From an uncultured Anaerolineaceae bacterium (GTDB taxonomy: Bacteria > Chloroflexota > Limnocylindria > Limnocylindrales > CSP1-4): a DNA stretch of 64,000 bases. The stretch's first letter is position 1; every line of letters begins with the position of its first letter. Below, piece after piece: positions 26,301-35,004 of this stretch. The stretch is from contig CAZFGT010000003.1 of the NCBI GenBank assembly GCA_964518505.1, positions 26,589-90,588 of the forward strand, in the 5' to 3' direction. The notes beneath the pieces are model-generated. The model saw only the letters and a list, made by a program, of their open reading frames with translations, was not told where the DNA came from and searched no databases. The translations under genes and the position numbers were made by a program.

Positions 26301-28462
26301 TCATCGACGGCCAGATGGACGGCCACCCGCCCCTGGCCAAGGGCCACGGTCGCCACGACCTGCCGCGTGGCCAGGTCGTAGGCCACGACGCCGCTCGGGG
26401 TGGCCGTGTAGAGGCGGTCGCCATCACGCTGGTCCGGTTGGTCGGGCGGGCTCCAGCGCGTCTCGGTCACGGCGTCGGTGACCGGCCCGCCCAGATCGGC
26501 CGTGCCCGTCACGTTGTCGTCGCCGAAGGCCACGAGGCCGACGGCGATGAGGTACTTGGCCAGGTGGGGGTGGGTGAACTCGTAGATGTCGTGGGGCTCG
26601 CCGTAGCGCCAGTCCTGCAGGAACTCGGTCGCCGTGCGGGCGTGGTAGACCTCGTCGAAGATCATGCCGAAGGGCTGGCCAAGGTCCCACGTCCGCAGGA
26701 CCATGGCGGCCACGATCAGGATGAGCACCACGAGCCCGTCCAGCCGGTCGGGCAGCCCGAACGGCTCGCGCCGCAGCTCGCCGCTGCGGTCACGCCGCAG
26801 CGAGCGGGCCATCAGTCCGCGCAGCAGGCCCGATCGCCGGGGAGCCTGGAGACCCGGTGACGCCAGCGGCGCCGGGGCCGGAGCCCGTGGTGCCGGCGGC
26901 GGCCGGTCGTAGGGGTCGACCTCCGGCGGCCGCGCCCCGAGGCCCGCCAGGCGGCGCAGCGGCCCGGCGACGAGGTCGCTGATGGGCCGCAGCGACCAGG
27001 CCACGACGAGGAACCCGCCCGTCTGGAGGATGACGCTCAGGAGCACCCCGCCAAAGCTCCGCATGTCGGCCCCGAAGGGCAGGCCGCTGACGTTGGCCGT
27101 GCCGTAGTTGCCGACCGTGAGGATGCCGTGCAGGTTGATGAACGAGCCGATGGCGAGGACCAGCGTCAGGACCCGGAAGCGCCGCGAGTTGACCGCCAGC
27201 AGCGGCAGGAAGACGAAGACGGGGAAGAGGTAGCGCTCGTGCACGCGCGTGGGCAGGATGAAGAAGGCGAGCGACAGGAAGACGGCGGTCAGCAGGATCG
27301 AGCGGCGTGAATCGCGCCACGCGAGCTGGATGGCCCCCACGGCGAAGCCCAGGCCCAGCAGCAGGGCCCCGATCGTGAAGCCGTTGAGCCCAGCCAGCAG
27401 GGGCACCTGGTCGGACGACCAGCCCCCGCCGGCGGCCAGCGAGGCCTGCCCGCCGGAGCCGATGAGCGCCCATGGGTCATAGGCATTGACGCTCAGGTAG
27501 GGATAGCCGGCGGCCGTGTCGCCCATGCGCGAGATCAGCGTGGGCACGTCCAGGCCGAACGGGGTGATGAGGACGAAGAGGACCACCGCCCCCACCGCCG
27601 CACAGCTGACGAGGCGCCAGATGCCCTGTTCCTCCACGACCCACGAACGGAGCGCCCGGGGTACCGCTGTCGCCCGCGGTCCCGATCCGATGAGGAAGAG
27701 GTGGCGGCGCAGGAGCGTCACGCCGATGAGCGGCGCGAGGACGATGCCGAACTGCGGCTTGACCAGCGCCGCCACGACGGCGAAGCCGACGGCGGCCTCG
27801 GAGAAGCCGTCGATCAGGAAGGCGATGGCGACGAGCATGACCAGCGCGCCGACGGCGTCGATCTGGCCCCACAGCGCCGAGTCGTACCAGGTGACCGGGT
27901 TGAAGAGGTAGAGCGCGGCGGCCCCCAGCGCCGCGCCGCGGGCGTCCGATCGCGTCCCCAGCCAGCGGCGGACGAGGCGGTACAGGAGGTAGGCGATGCC
28001 CAGGTCGGCGGCGATCGCCGGCAGCTTGATGAGCCCGCCCACGATCGTGTCGGGCAGCGGCAGGACGATCCCACCGAAGGTGATCGTGCCGCCGCCCAGC
28101 AGGTCGGCCACGCCGCTGCCGATCGAGCCCAGGATCCACAGCACGTAGAGGTAGCCGGGCGGGTAGTCGGCGAAGCCGGCGTTGGCGTAGAAGCCGCCGG
28201 GGCCGCCGTGGGCGAGCGTCAGGGCCCACGAGGTGAAGCTGCCGATGTCGCTCTGGAAGCCAGAGCCCGGGAAGAGGACGTATGCGATGATGAGTCGCAA
28301 CGCCAGCCCGACCAGGAGCAGGATGGCGATGGCGGGGATGGCCGAGGGCGACCCGTCCGAGCGTCTCGGCGCCGTGCGCCCCGGTGCGGCCTCACCCGGC
28401 CGAGGCGCTGTCGAGTCCAACCGGCCTCCTGCACGAGCGACGAGTGGCCCGCAGTATAGCAA
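23366..28462 (-). CDS. Giant (1698 aa) polytopic glycosyltransferase: N-terminal GT-C-like module + β-propeller-like domain + PMT/GT39 mannosyltransferase module
   Basis: The PMT-family DE motif (MIFDEVYHART) and the C-terminal PMT_4TMC-like signature (HPASSPWWAWPFDFKPVWF) are present. A ~300-aa soluble repeat-rich insert replaces the MIR domain. The N-terminal ~550 aa form another ~11-TM GT-C-like domain, possibly DUF2029/GT87-like. The annotated start is TTG and is uncertain. Confidence 0.7.
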   Translation of the reverse strand: MLYCGPLVARAGGRLDSTAPRPGEAAPGRTAPRRSDGSPSAIPAIAILLLVGLALRLIIAYVLFPGSGFQSDIGSFTSWALTLAHGGPGGFYANAGFADYPPGYLYVLWILGSIGSGVADLLGGGTITFGGIVLPLPDTIVGGLIKLPAIAADLGIAYLLYRLVRRWLGTRSDARGAALGAAALYLFNPVTWYDSALWGQIDAVGALVMLVAIAFLIDGFSEAAVGFAVVAALVKPQFGIVLAPLIGVTLLRRHLFLIGSGPRATAVPRALRSWVVEEQGIWRLVSCAAVGAVVLFVLITPFGLDVPTLISRMGDTAAGYPYLSVNAYDPWALIGSGGQASLAAGGGWSSDQVPLLAGLNGFTIGALLLGLGFAVGAIQLAWRDSRRSILLTAVFLSLAFFILPTRVHERYLFPVFVFLPLLAVNSRRFRVLTLVLAIGSFINLHGILTVGNYGTANVSGLPFGADMRSFGGVLLSVILQTGGFLVVAWSLRPISDLVAGPLRRLAGLGARPPEVDPYDRPPPAPRAPAPAPLASPGLQAPRRSGLLRGLMARSLRRDRSGELRREPFGLPDRLDGLVVLILIVAAMVLRTWDLGQPFGMIFDEVYHARTATEFLQDWRYGEPHDIYEFTHPHLAKYLIAVGLVAFGDDNVTGTADLGGPVTDAVTETRWSPPDQPDQRDGDRLYTATPSGVVAYDLATRQVVATVALGQGRVAVHLAVDEGNHVLYVADDAGGLWTIQTADLDAMRLATSAAAPVATRLGTFGGPVATVIVSSDGAHVEAITTAHQLVSLATADGSQSASVADPSAAALVAVPTDSGAGAVAVAEGDTLDLRDAATLVSTSQLTLPEAATGLVLMNGLDQPTIYAAGESSLSWVAVPASGGTTLGGTLKMPGPVRAVAWDESSNIIHVLGRTADGSSDTVYVVEPHGNAVFADARLPFSTIAMTLDTQPQRPAQDRQQLLAVDSAGQLAVVDIGNHAYAWRIMGVIAGALLLGCLYLLVRMLFRRRSVALLTAGLVLVDGMFFAQSRIAMNDTYVALFIVAAYMLFVPIYMGLWRRRWVVALAIPAIGVLLGLALASKWVGAYAIGGIVLLVLLRSALGRLLALAAMVGLTGVLGWLAIGATSAGAPIGDASFLVLMVILTGVLAAAIVVRPIRWTLDEVRFAVGAPAAAGGLALLAGIVLGGRAPATGASATPGNLVLVGAAFLVLAAAVLVAFSLAGRSGLGPLARVRAGPADPPPAEAPDQGWLIPGAFLGAPWLLALACFTLVPLVVYVISYAPWIALGNQWFTGYPAGHTGQTLLDLQIQMYNYHNDLRASHPASSPWWAWPFDFKPVWFFQQGYANDTTGITYDAGNLVIFWLGVPVMAWAAWQAWARRSLALTILVIGFVCQWLSWSRIDRASFQYHYYTALPFLFAAVAYWLAELWHGPSPRTWLLARLAAAGALVAAPLLWLARVPLCALAGTSRVAPNSQVCGFVSMPFVLTERVAASAVVLIVGGAILLWQLRLVLAERAFTAGRQRPGGGGLLHSGAPWLVLTAAALLAALALAQSRFGDQSLISAPLGALGPYAFAIIGTVPLAVAAWFVLTMRDPHRFVIGILGAAALWFVIFYADIAGLPIPTGLKNIFQVLPLPTYVYDFQFAVNTDPPQTLQVLGLQSGSLVLVTAALALAVMYAAWTRRAQRLELLRGPGPDPDEPVTR

Positions 28463-29847
28463 CGGCCCGCCCCGTTCCCCCGCCTCGCCCCAGGTCGGTC
28501 GCCGACCGTCTCCGCGCGCGGCTGGACGGCCTTGACCCGACCTGGATCGGCGTCGCCGTGTTCGTCGCCGCGCTCGTCATCTACATCGCCTCGAATCCGG
28601 CGCGCCAGAACGTCTACGACCACTTCGTGTGGCAGGCCGACGCCTACCTCCACGGCCGCTTCGCCATCACCTGGCCGGTCGTCACGGACGGGTTCCGCAA
28701 CGACTACTTCCAGGACGTCTACCCGCTCCCCTCGGCGCCGGGCTACGCGCTCCTGCCGTTCCCGCCGCTGCCGGCCGTGCTGCTCATCCCGTTCGTGGCC
28801 CTGGGCGGCCTGGGCACCGACGCGGCGCTCCTCGTGGCCTGCCTTGGCGCGGTCAACGTGGCCCTCGCCTGGCGCCTTGCCTCGCACGTCACGGACGACC
28901 GCCTGGCGGCCCTCGTGGCGACCGCCTTCTACGGCTTCGGGACGGTCGCCTGGTACGCGGCGATGCTGGGCAGCACGTGGTTCGCGGCCCACGTGGTGGC
29001 CAGCTTCTTCGTCTTCCTGGCCGTCACCCTCGCCGTCGACGGCGAACAGCGCGACCGGGCACGGGCCGCCGTGCGGCGCCTGCCCTTCGACGGGCGGCAG
29101 TTCGTGGCCGGCCTCGTCTTCGGCGTGGCGGCGCTGGCGCGCCTGACGACCATCCTGGGCCTGCCGTTCTTCGTCGTCGTCGGCAGCGGGGGGAGCATCT
29201 GGCGACGGGGCCTCTCCGCCGCCCTCGGCGCAGCCATCCCCGTCGCCGTCCTCCTGGCCTACAACCTGGCCTCGTCGGGCCAGCTCTTCGAGCCGGGCTA
29301 CGACTACCTGTACCAGACCGAGACGGTACCCATCCCCGGCGGCCTCCTGGCCCAGGTCTTCCCGGCCCTCCAGGCCATCGGCTACCACCCCGGCACGTGG
29401 AGCGCGGAGGACCTGCATTACCTGCCCCAGAACCTGCTGATCATGCTGGCCTGGCTGCCCACGGTCCAGCCGCAGTGCGGGGTCGAGGGGCTCTTCTCCA
29501 CCACCTGCGCGCTGATCCGGCCCGACCCGCTGGGCATGAGCCTGCTGCTCACCAGCCCGGCCTACCTGCTGGCCATCCCGGCGCTCCTGGCCGACTGGCG
29601 CGACCGCCTCGTCATCGGCGCCACGGTGGCAGTAGCCGTGATCGCCGGGGCCGACCTGGTCCATTTCAGCCAGGGCTGGGTCCAGTTCGGCTACCGCTTC
29701 AGCAACGACTTCGCGCCGTTCGCCCTGATCCTGGTCACGCTGGGTATCGCCCGGCTGGGGCTGCGCCGCGCCGTCGTGGGCCTGGTGGCCGCCTCGGTCC
29801 TCATCAACGCCTGGGGCGTCTTCTGGGGCGTGGCCCTGGGCTGGTGA
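28444..29847 (+). CDS. GT-C fold glycosyltransferase (PMT_2/ArnT-like, GT39/GT83 family)
   Basis: Polytopic protein of about 11 TM with a PMT_2-like profile (AWRLASHVTDDRLAALVATAFYGFGTVAWY…). Start could be ATG 28384 or GTG 28444; it is divergent from the giant GT-C gene and overlaps its N-terminus. Confidence 0.65.
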   Translation: MARSIATARPVPPPRPRSVADRLRARLDGLDPTWIGVAVFVAALVIYIASNPARQNVYDHFVWQADAYLHGRFAITWPVVTDGFRNDYFQDVYPLPSAPGYALLPFPPLPAVLLIPFVALGGLGTDAALLVACLGAVNVALAWRLASHVTDDRLAALVATAFYGFGTVAWYAAMLGSTWFAAHVVASFFVFLAVTLAVDGEQRDRARAAVRRLPFDGRQFVAGLVFGVAALARLTTILGLPFFVVVGSGGSIWRRGLSAALGAAIPVAVLLAYNLASSGQLFEPGYDYLYQTETVPIPGGLLAQVFPALQAIGYHPGTWSAEDLHYLPQNLLIMLAWLPTVQPQCGVEGLFSTTCALIRPDPLGMSLLLTSPAYLLAIPALLADWRDRLVIGATVAVAVIAGADLVHFSQGWVQFGYRFSNDFAPFALILVTLGIARLGLRRAVVGLVAASVLINAWGVFWGVALGW

Positions 29848-29868
29848 GGCGCCTCTATACTCGCCGCG

Positions 29869-30675
29869 ATGTCGAACCCTGACGGGGTGGCGGCCGCCCC
29901 GCCAGAGGCGAGCGCGGCCGTCGTGCCCGCCCTCTCCTACTTCTTCCCCGCCCACGACGAGGCCGAGAACATCGAGGCGCTCGTGGCCGAGGCCCTGGCT
30001 GCCCTGCCCGCCCTGGCCCAGCGCTTCGAGATCATCACCGTCGACGACGGCAGCCGCGACGGCACGGGGGCCCTGGCCGACCGCCTGGCCGCCGAGCACC
30101 CCGACGTCGTGCGCGCCGTGCACCACGAGGTCAACCAGGGTTACGGGGCGGCCCTGCGCAGCGGCTTCCGGGCGGCGCGCTACCCGCTGGTGGGCTTCAC
30201 CGACGGCGACCGCCAGTTCCGCGTGGCCGACCTGCGCTTGCTGCTCGACCGTCTCGAGGCGCCCGACGCCCCCGACGTGGTCGTGGGCTACCGCCTGCGG
30301 CGGGCGGACGCCACGGTGCGCCTCCTGTATGCCCGCGTCTACCGCTGGTGCCTGCGCCTCTTCTTCGGCCTGAACGTGCGCGACGTGGACTGCGCCTGCA
30401 AACTCTTCCGGCGCGAGGCCCTCACCGGCGTGCGGCTGGAGTCCGGCGGGGCGTTCCTCTCCGCCGAGCTGCTCATCAAGCTGCGCGCCCGCGGCGCCCG
30501 CCTGGCCCAGGTGGGCGTGCCGCATCACCCGCGCGTGGCAGGCCAGGCCTCGGGCGCCAACCCGCGGGTCGTCCTGCGCGCGGTGCGCGACTTCTGGCGC
30601 CTCCGTATCCGCCTGTGGGTGGCCCGCGACCGCGCCCTGGCGCGCGGGCTGCCGGTCCTCGGCAGCGAGGCCTAG
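29869..30675 (+). CDS. GT2 polyprenyl-phosphate sugar synthase (Ppm1/DPM1/GtrB-like polyprenol monophosphomannose synthase)
   Basis: GT2 DPM1-type motifs (ITVDDGSRDGT, VNQGYGAAL, TDGDRQF, DCACKLFRR). Located 22 nt downstream of the GT-C gene. Confidence 0.8.
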   Translation: MSNPDGVAAAPPEASAAVVPALSYFFPAHDEAENIEALVAEALAALPALAQRFEIITVDDGSRDGTGALADRLAAEHPDVVRAVHHEVNQGYGAALRSGFRAARYPLVGFTDGDRQFRVADLRLLLDRLEAPDAPDVVVGYRLRRADATVRLLYARVYRWCLRLFFGLNVRDVDCACKLFRREALTGVRLESGGAFLSAELLIKLRARGARLAQVGVPHHPRVAGQASGANPRVVLRAVRDFWRLRIRLWVARDRALARGLPVLGSEA

Positions 30676-31175
30676 CTCTCGCCCTCCGGCGGGTCGGGCA
30701 CGTCCAGGGAGTTGACGAACTCGCGGAACACGGAGAGGCGCTCCTCGTCGATCGTGTCGGCCTCCGCCGGCGTCACGCCGGCGCGGTCCAGGACATCATC
30801 CGTGGCGTAGATGACGACGCCCGCCCGGAGGGCCAGGGCGATCGCGTCGCTCGAGCGGGCGTCGACGTCGACCGTCCGGTCGCCCAGCTCCATGATCAGC
30901 CGGGCACGGTAGGTCTCGTCGGCGAGCTCCGAGATGATGACCTGCTTGAGCTGCACACCGAGCTCGTCGAGGGCGGTGGCGAAGAGGTCATGGGTCAGCG
31001 GCCGCTCGGGCACGACGCCCTGGAGCCGCCGGGCGATGGCGTCCGCCTCGTTGGCCCCGACCCAGATGGGCAGGTAGCGGTCCCGGTCGGCTTCCTTGAG
31101 GATCACCACGTGCTGCGACGTCAGCATGTGGATCCGCACGCTCTCGACGACCATCGCGTTCAGCCCTGGCGGCAT
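30672..31175 (-). CDS. Bifunctional nuclease family protein (DUF151/BFN domain)
   Basis: ILKE…DRYLPIWVG..EADAIA…PRPLTHDL signature of BFN/DUF151. 167 aa. Confidence 0.55.
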   Translation of the reverse strand: MPPGLNAMVVESVRIHMLTSQHVVILKEADRDRYLPIWVGANEADAIARRLQGVVPERPLTHDLFATALDELGVQLKQVIISELADETYRARLIMELGDRTVDVDARSSDAIALALRAGVVIYATDDVLDRAGVTPAEADTIDEERLSVFREFVNSLDVPDPPEGES

Positions 31176-31206
31176 GCGAGCGATTCTACGCCCGGTCCGG
31201 CGTGGC

Positions 31207-33450
31207 TCAGCGCTTGGGGGTGGCCTTGGGCTTGGCCGTCGGCTTGGGCGTGATGTGCGGGCTCGGCGAGGGGCTGGCCGAGGGTGACGGCGAGGCGCCC
31301 GGGCCGGTGATGGCGGCCAGCGGGCTGACCATGACCTGGTCGGCGGTGATCCACACCAGCGCCGGCGGCTGGCCCGCCTTGCCCAGCACGACGGCCATGC
31401 CGCGCAGCCCGTCGAAGCCGGTGCCGCCGTCGGCCACGAGGAACTGGCCGACGTAGCTGCCGTCGGTGCGCGAGAACTCGACGATGCGGGCGTGGCTGGA
31501 GTCCCACACCCACAGGCGGTCGGTCGGGGCGGCGCCCGTGGCGTTGAGCAGCCGGTAGTCGTGGCCGGGCCGCATGTCGCCCTGGTCGGGCGGGGTGTCC
31601 AGCGAGAACGAGCTCGCCTGGCCGCTGAAGTAGCGGGTCACACCGTCGCTGGCGAGGGTGAAGACGTAACCGTCCACGATGTCCAGGTCGTGCACGCCCG
31701 ACAGGTCGGTGGGCACCGTCAGGTAGTCGGAACTGGTGACGTAGCCGCCGCCGGCCGCGGTGGGCTGGTAGCGCACGATCTGGCGCCCGGCCGGATCGAC
31801 CGTGTAGAAGTTGTAGAGGCCGGTGTTGAAGTTGCGCAGGTAGGCCGCGATGGCCGACACGTCCGGGGCCAGGGGGGTCGGCGCGGTGATGGAGAGGCGC
31901 GCCAGCGTGCCGTCGCCCTTGGCGTCGGACGGCGCCCAGCGCCACAGGCCCTGCGCGGCATCCACGATCAGGACATCCGGCCCGGCCGTGGTCAGCAACC
32001 GCGGGGCGGCGATGCCCTTCTGGCCCTTCTGGACCACGATCTTGGCCGTCCGCGCCGCGAGGTCGATGCGGATGACCGAGCCGTTGGCCGTGTCGACGAT
32101 GTAGGCGGCGCCGTCGGGCCCGACGATGAGGCCCTGCAGGTCCGGGTTCGCGTCGATCTTGTCGAGGGTCAGGAGCGCCTGCGAGGTCGTGTAGCTGACG
32201 TCGTAGAGCTGGTCCAGCGCGCCCGACACCTGCCCCTTGAGGTCGACCAGGGCCGACGCCGGCGCTCCGAACGCGGTCGCCTGGGTGAGCTGATGCCACG
32301 CGTCCTGGAGGATGGTGTGGGCTCGCGTCGGCTCGTTGACCAGGAGGTTGCCGTTGGTCACCTGGGCCATGTCGTCGGTAGCGGCCTGGATGGCCTGCTG
32401 GGCGTTGCTCACGGCGGCCACGTTGGGACGGCTCAGCCCGCCGATGAACCAGACCACGCCGGCGAGGGCCACCAGCAGCACGAGGAAGCCCAGGAAGGCG
32501 ATGGCCAGGCGCCGTTGCGAAGCGGTCCGGTCGGCCAACGGCACGACGCGGCGGTAGGAGGTGCGGCGACGGGGCAGCAGGTCGGTCAGGTGCTCCATGG
32601 CGTCGGCGGCTGCCCCGGACATCGCCTCGCGGGCGACCCGCGCCCCGCCCTGCACGGCGCTGGCGGCCCCCACGAGCGGGTCGGCCAGGGGGATCGGCGA
32701 CCGGTCGGGCGCGCCCGCCAGCGGTTCGGCGGCCCGCACGGGCACCAGCTTGCGGTCGGTCCGCGTGGCCGGCATCTCGGCCGCCTCCATGACCATGAGG
32801 GCGTCCGATTGCTCGCCGCCGCCGGCCACGAAGAGGTGGTGGAGGTGCTCCGCCGCCGACTGCGGGTGGAGCGTCACGGCGGCGTTCTTGATCTCCTCGA
32901 GGCCGACCGTGGTGGTCACGTTGTGGGCGCTCAGGATCAGCGTGTCGCCGACGACCATGTCGCCGCGCCAGACGTCCACCTCGACCTCGCCGGCGGCCGG
33001 CAGGCCGGCCCCGCGCTCCTCCTCCGGGAGGGTCAGGAGGCGCGCCTGGCGCACCAGGAAGGCGTCCGCATCACCGATGGTCGCCACATACAGCTCGTGA
33101 CCGCGGACGACCGCCACGGCCGCTCCGATGGCCCCCGCCGCCAGGCCGTGGCTCTCGCGGCCATGGCGCAGGCGCTGGTTGGCGCTGCGGACGGCCTTCT
33201 CGAGGCACACGGGGATGCCGGCTGATTCGTCGTAGTAGTACTGCCGCTCGATCGTCTCGGCGACCAGGCGCGTGGCCTCGCCGGCCCGGCTGCCGCTGCC
33301 CGGGCGGCCGGTCACGATGGCGTACAGGTTGCCCTTGGAGCGACTGGTGGAGCCGATCGTCGGCTCCTGCACGACGATCGTGTCGGGCGAGGTCGGCAGG
33401 CGGTCCGCGGCGGCCACGAGGCCCGGCTTGAGGTGCAGTCGGACGGCCAT
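31207..33450 (-). CDS. Membrane protein with an N-terminal PP2C-like (possibly catalytically degenerate) domain and a large extracytoplasmic repeat/β-propeller-like domain
   Basis: The N-terminal ~250 aa align to PstP-type PP2C (AAVAVVRGHELYVATIGDADAFLVR), but DGMGG is replaced by TGRPG. A single TM follows (LAIAFLGFLVLLVALAGVVWFI), then a ~430-aa extracellular region and a Ser/Pro/Lys-rich tail. Confidence 0.45.
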   Translation of the reverse strand: MAVRLHLKPGLVAAADRLPTSPDTIVVQEPTIGSTSRSKGNLYAIVTGRPGSGSRAGEATRLVAETIERQYYYDESAGIPVCLEKAVRSANQRLRHGRESHGLAAGAIGAAVAVVRGHELYVATIGDADAFLVRQARLLTLPEEERGAGLPAAGEVEVDVWRGDMVVGDTLILSAHNVTTTVGLEEIKNAAVTLHPQSAAEHLHHLFVAGGGEQSDALMVMEAAEMPATRTDRKLVPVRAAEPLAGAPDRSPIPLADPLVGAASAVQGGARVAREAMSGAAADAMEHLTDLLPRRRTSYRRVVPLADRTASQRRLAIAFLGFLVLLVALAGVVWFIGGLSRPNVAAVSNAQQAIQAATDDMAQVTNGNLLVNEPTRAHTILQDAWHQLTQATAFGAPASALVDLKGQVSGALDQLYDVSYTTSQALLTLDKIDANPDLQGLIVGPDGAAYIVDTANGSVIRIDLAARTAKIVVQKGQKGIAAPRLLTTAGPDVLIVDAAQGLWRWAPSDAKGDGTLARLSITAPTPLAPDVSAIAAYLRNFNTGLYNFYTVDPAGRQIVRYQPTAAGGGYVTSSDYLTVPTDLSGVHDLDIVDGYVFTLASDGVTRYFSGQASSFSLDTPPDQGDMRPGHDYRLLNATGAAPTDRLWVWDSSHARIVEFSRTDGSYVGQFLVADGGTGFDGLRGMAVVLGKAGQPPALVWITADQVMVSPLAAITGPGASPSPSASPSPSPHITPKPTAKPKATPKR

Positions 33451-33462
33451 GGGGCGCCTAGT

Positions 33463-33837
33463 CTACACGCGCCCGTCCGGCGCTCCGCTGGCGGCTCCCG
33501 GTGGCCGGCCGGGTGGCCGTGGGGGCCGGACGACGACCCGCAGCTCCCGCATGTGGCGGCCGCCGGGCGCCTGGGCGAAGGCCGCCAGCAGCTCGTCCGC
33601 CCGCAGGGCCAGTTCCTGGGCCACGATCGGCGACGGCGCCGCGGCCACGATGGTGCCGTCCTCACGGAGGTCAAGGAGTGTGCTGGCGCCGGCCGCGGCG
33701 GGCACCCGTTCGGCCACCAGCCGGCTCCAGGCCGCCATCGCCCGGCCGCGCATGAGCGGCTCCTCCAGGCCCAGGGCCTGGGCGGCGGGTGGCAGGAGGT
33801 CGCCCAGGCGCCGCATCGGGCGACGACGATTCGTCAT
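33463..33837 (-). CDS. DUF721 (DciA-like) protein in the recF-gyrB position
   Basis: Small basic protein (…AMAAWSRLVAERVPAAAGASTLLDLREDGTIVAAAPSPIVAQELALRADELL) immediately downstream of recF, with an ATGA overlap. This is the conserved origin-region synteny. Confidence 0.65.
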   Translation of the reverse strand: MTNRRRPMRRLGDLLPPAAQALGLEEPLMRGRAMAAWSRLVAERVPAAAGASTLLDLREDGTIVAAAPSPIVAQELALRADELLAAFAQAPGGRHMRELRVVVRPPRPPGRPPGAASGAPDGRV

Positions 33838-34961
33838 GCGGCGGTCCGATCGACACGACCGGCGGTGACGCGCCAGGCGGTCGAGGCGGCCACGAGCTCG
33901 GGGTCCAGGTCGGCCAGGGCGGTCGTGGTGATGAAGGCCTGGGGCAGGGCCTGGATGCGGCGCACCAGGTGGGCCCGCCGCAGCGGATCGAGCTCGCTGA
34001 ACACGTCGTCGAGCAGGAGCAGCGGTGGCTCGCCCTCCGGCGAGGTCAGCAGGTGGACCTCCGCCAGCTTGAGGGCCAGGATCGCCGTCCGTTGCTGGCC
34101 GCGCGAGGCGAACGCGGCCAGCGGCCGGTCGTCCAGCCGGAAGACGATGTCGTCGCGGTGGGGCCCGACCAGGGTGGCCCCGTTCCACAACTCCTTGTCG
34201 GCCGTCTCGGCCAGCCGGCGACGGATGGCGTCGGCCGGCGACTCGGATGCCTCGGCCGGCGCGTTCGTCACGTAGCCCATCGCCAGGCGGCCCTCGCCGG
34301 GTGCGATCTCGGCATGGGCCGCGGCCAGCGGCCCGTCCAGGTCGGCCAGCGTGGCCAGGCGGCCGGCCACGATGGCCCCGCCCTCGTCGACGAGGAGCGC
34401 GTCCCAGTAGGGCAGCTGGTCGCGGGTCGCGGTGCCCTCGCGGATGGCTCGCAGCAGGCTGTTGCGCTGGGCCAGGGCTCGACCGTACGTGGCAAGCGCC
34501 CGGCCGTGGCCCGGCGACCGCGCCGCGGCCAGGGCATCAAGGGCGGCCCGCCGCAGGGCCGGCGAACCGACCACCAGGAGCATCTCCTCCGGCGCGAAGA
34601 GCACGACCCGCAGCGCCTGGCCCAGGGCCGGGGCGCGGCGCGGCACGCCATTGATGCGGATGCGCTTGCGGGCGGCCGTCCCCGCGGCGGGCCGCGGGAT
34701 CACGACCTCCACGACATCGGGCCCGTGGGCCGGGCCGTGGCTCACCCCGGCCTCGAGGCGGGCCATGTCCCCCGACCAGGCCACCAGCTCGGGGTCCGCG
34801 GCCCGGTGCGAGCCGCCGCGGGCCAGGACGACGAGTGACTCGACGAGGTTGGTCTTGCCCGCCGCGTTCGCCCCGTACAGGATCTGCGGTCCGGGCGGCG
34901 GCTCGACGACGAGTTCCTCGTAGCTGCGGAACCCCGTCACGACCAGGCGATCGACGCGCAT
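33834..34961 (-). CDS. recF: DNA replication and repair protein RecF
   Basis: Walker A GANAAGKTNLVES, ABC signature/RecF motifs, and LLLDDVFSELD (D-loop). Start at MRVDRLVVTGFRSY. Confidence 0.9.
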   Translation of the reverse strand: MRVDRLVVTGFRSYEELVVEPPPGPQILYGANAAGKTNLVESLVVLARGGSHRAADPELVAWSGDMARLEAGVSHGPAHGPDVVEVVIPRPAAGTAARKRIRINGVPRRAPALGQALRVVLFAPEEMLLVVGSPALRRAALDALAAARSPGHGRALATYGRALAQRNSLLRAIREGTATRDQLPYWDALLVDEGGAIVAGRLATLADLDGPLAAAHAEIAPGEGRLAMGYVTNAPAEASESPADAIRRRLAETADKELWNGATLVGPHRDDIVFRLDDRPLAAFASRGQQRTAILALKLAEVHLLTSPEGEPPLLLLDDVFSELDPLRRAHLVRRIQALPQAFITTTALADLDPELVAASTAWRVTAGRVDRTAA

Positions 34962-35004
34962 CGCTGCCCTCCGGCGCGTGCGGGCACGGCCGGACCGCTG
35001 GCCG

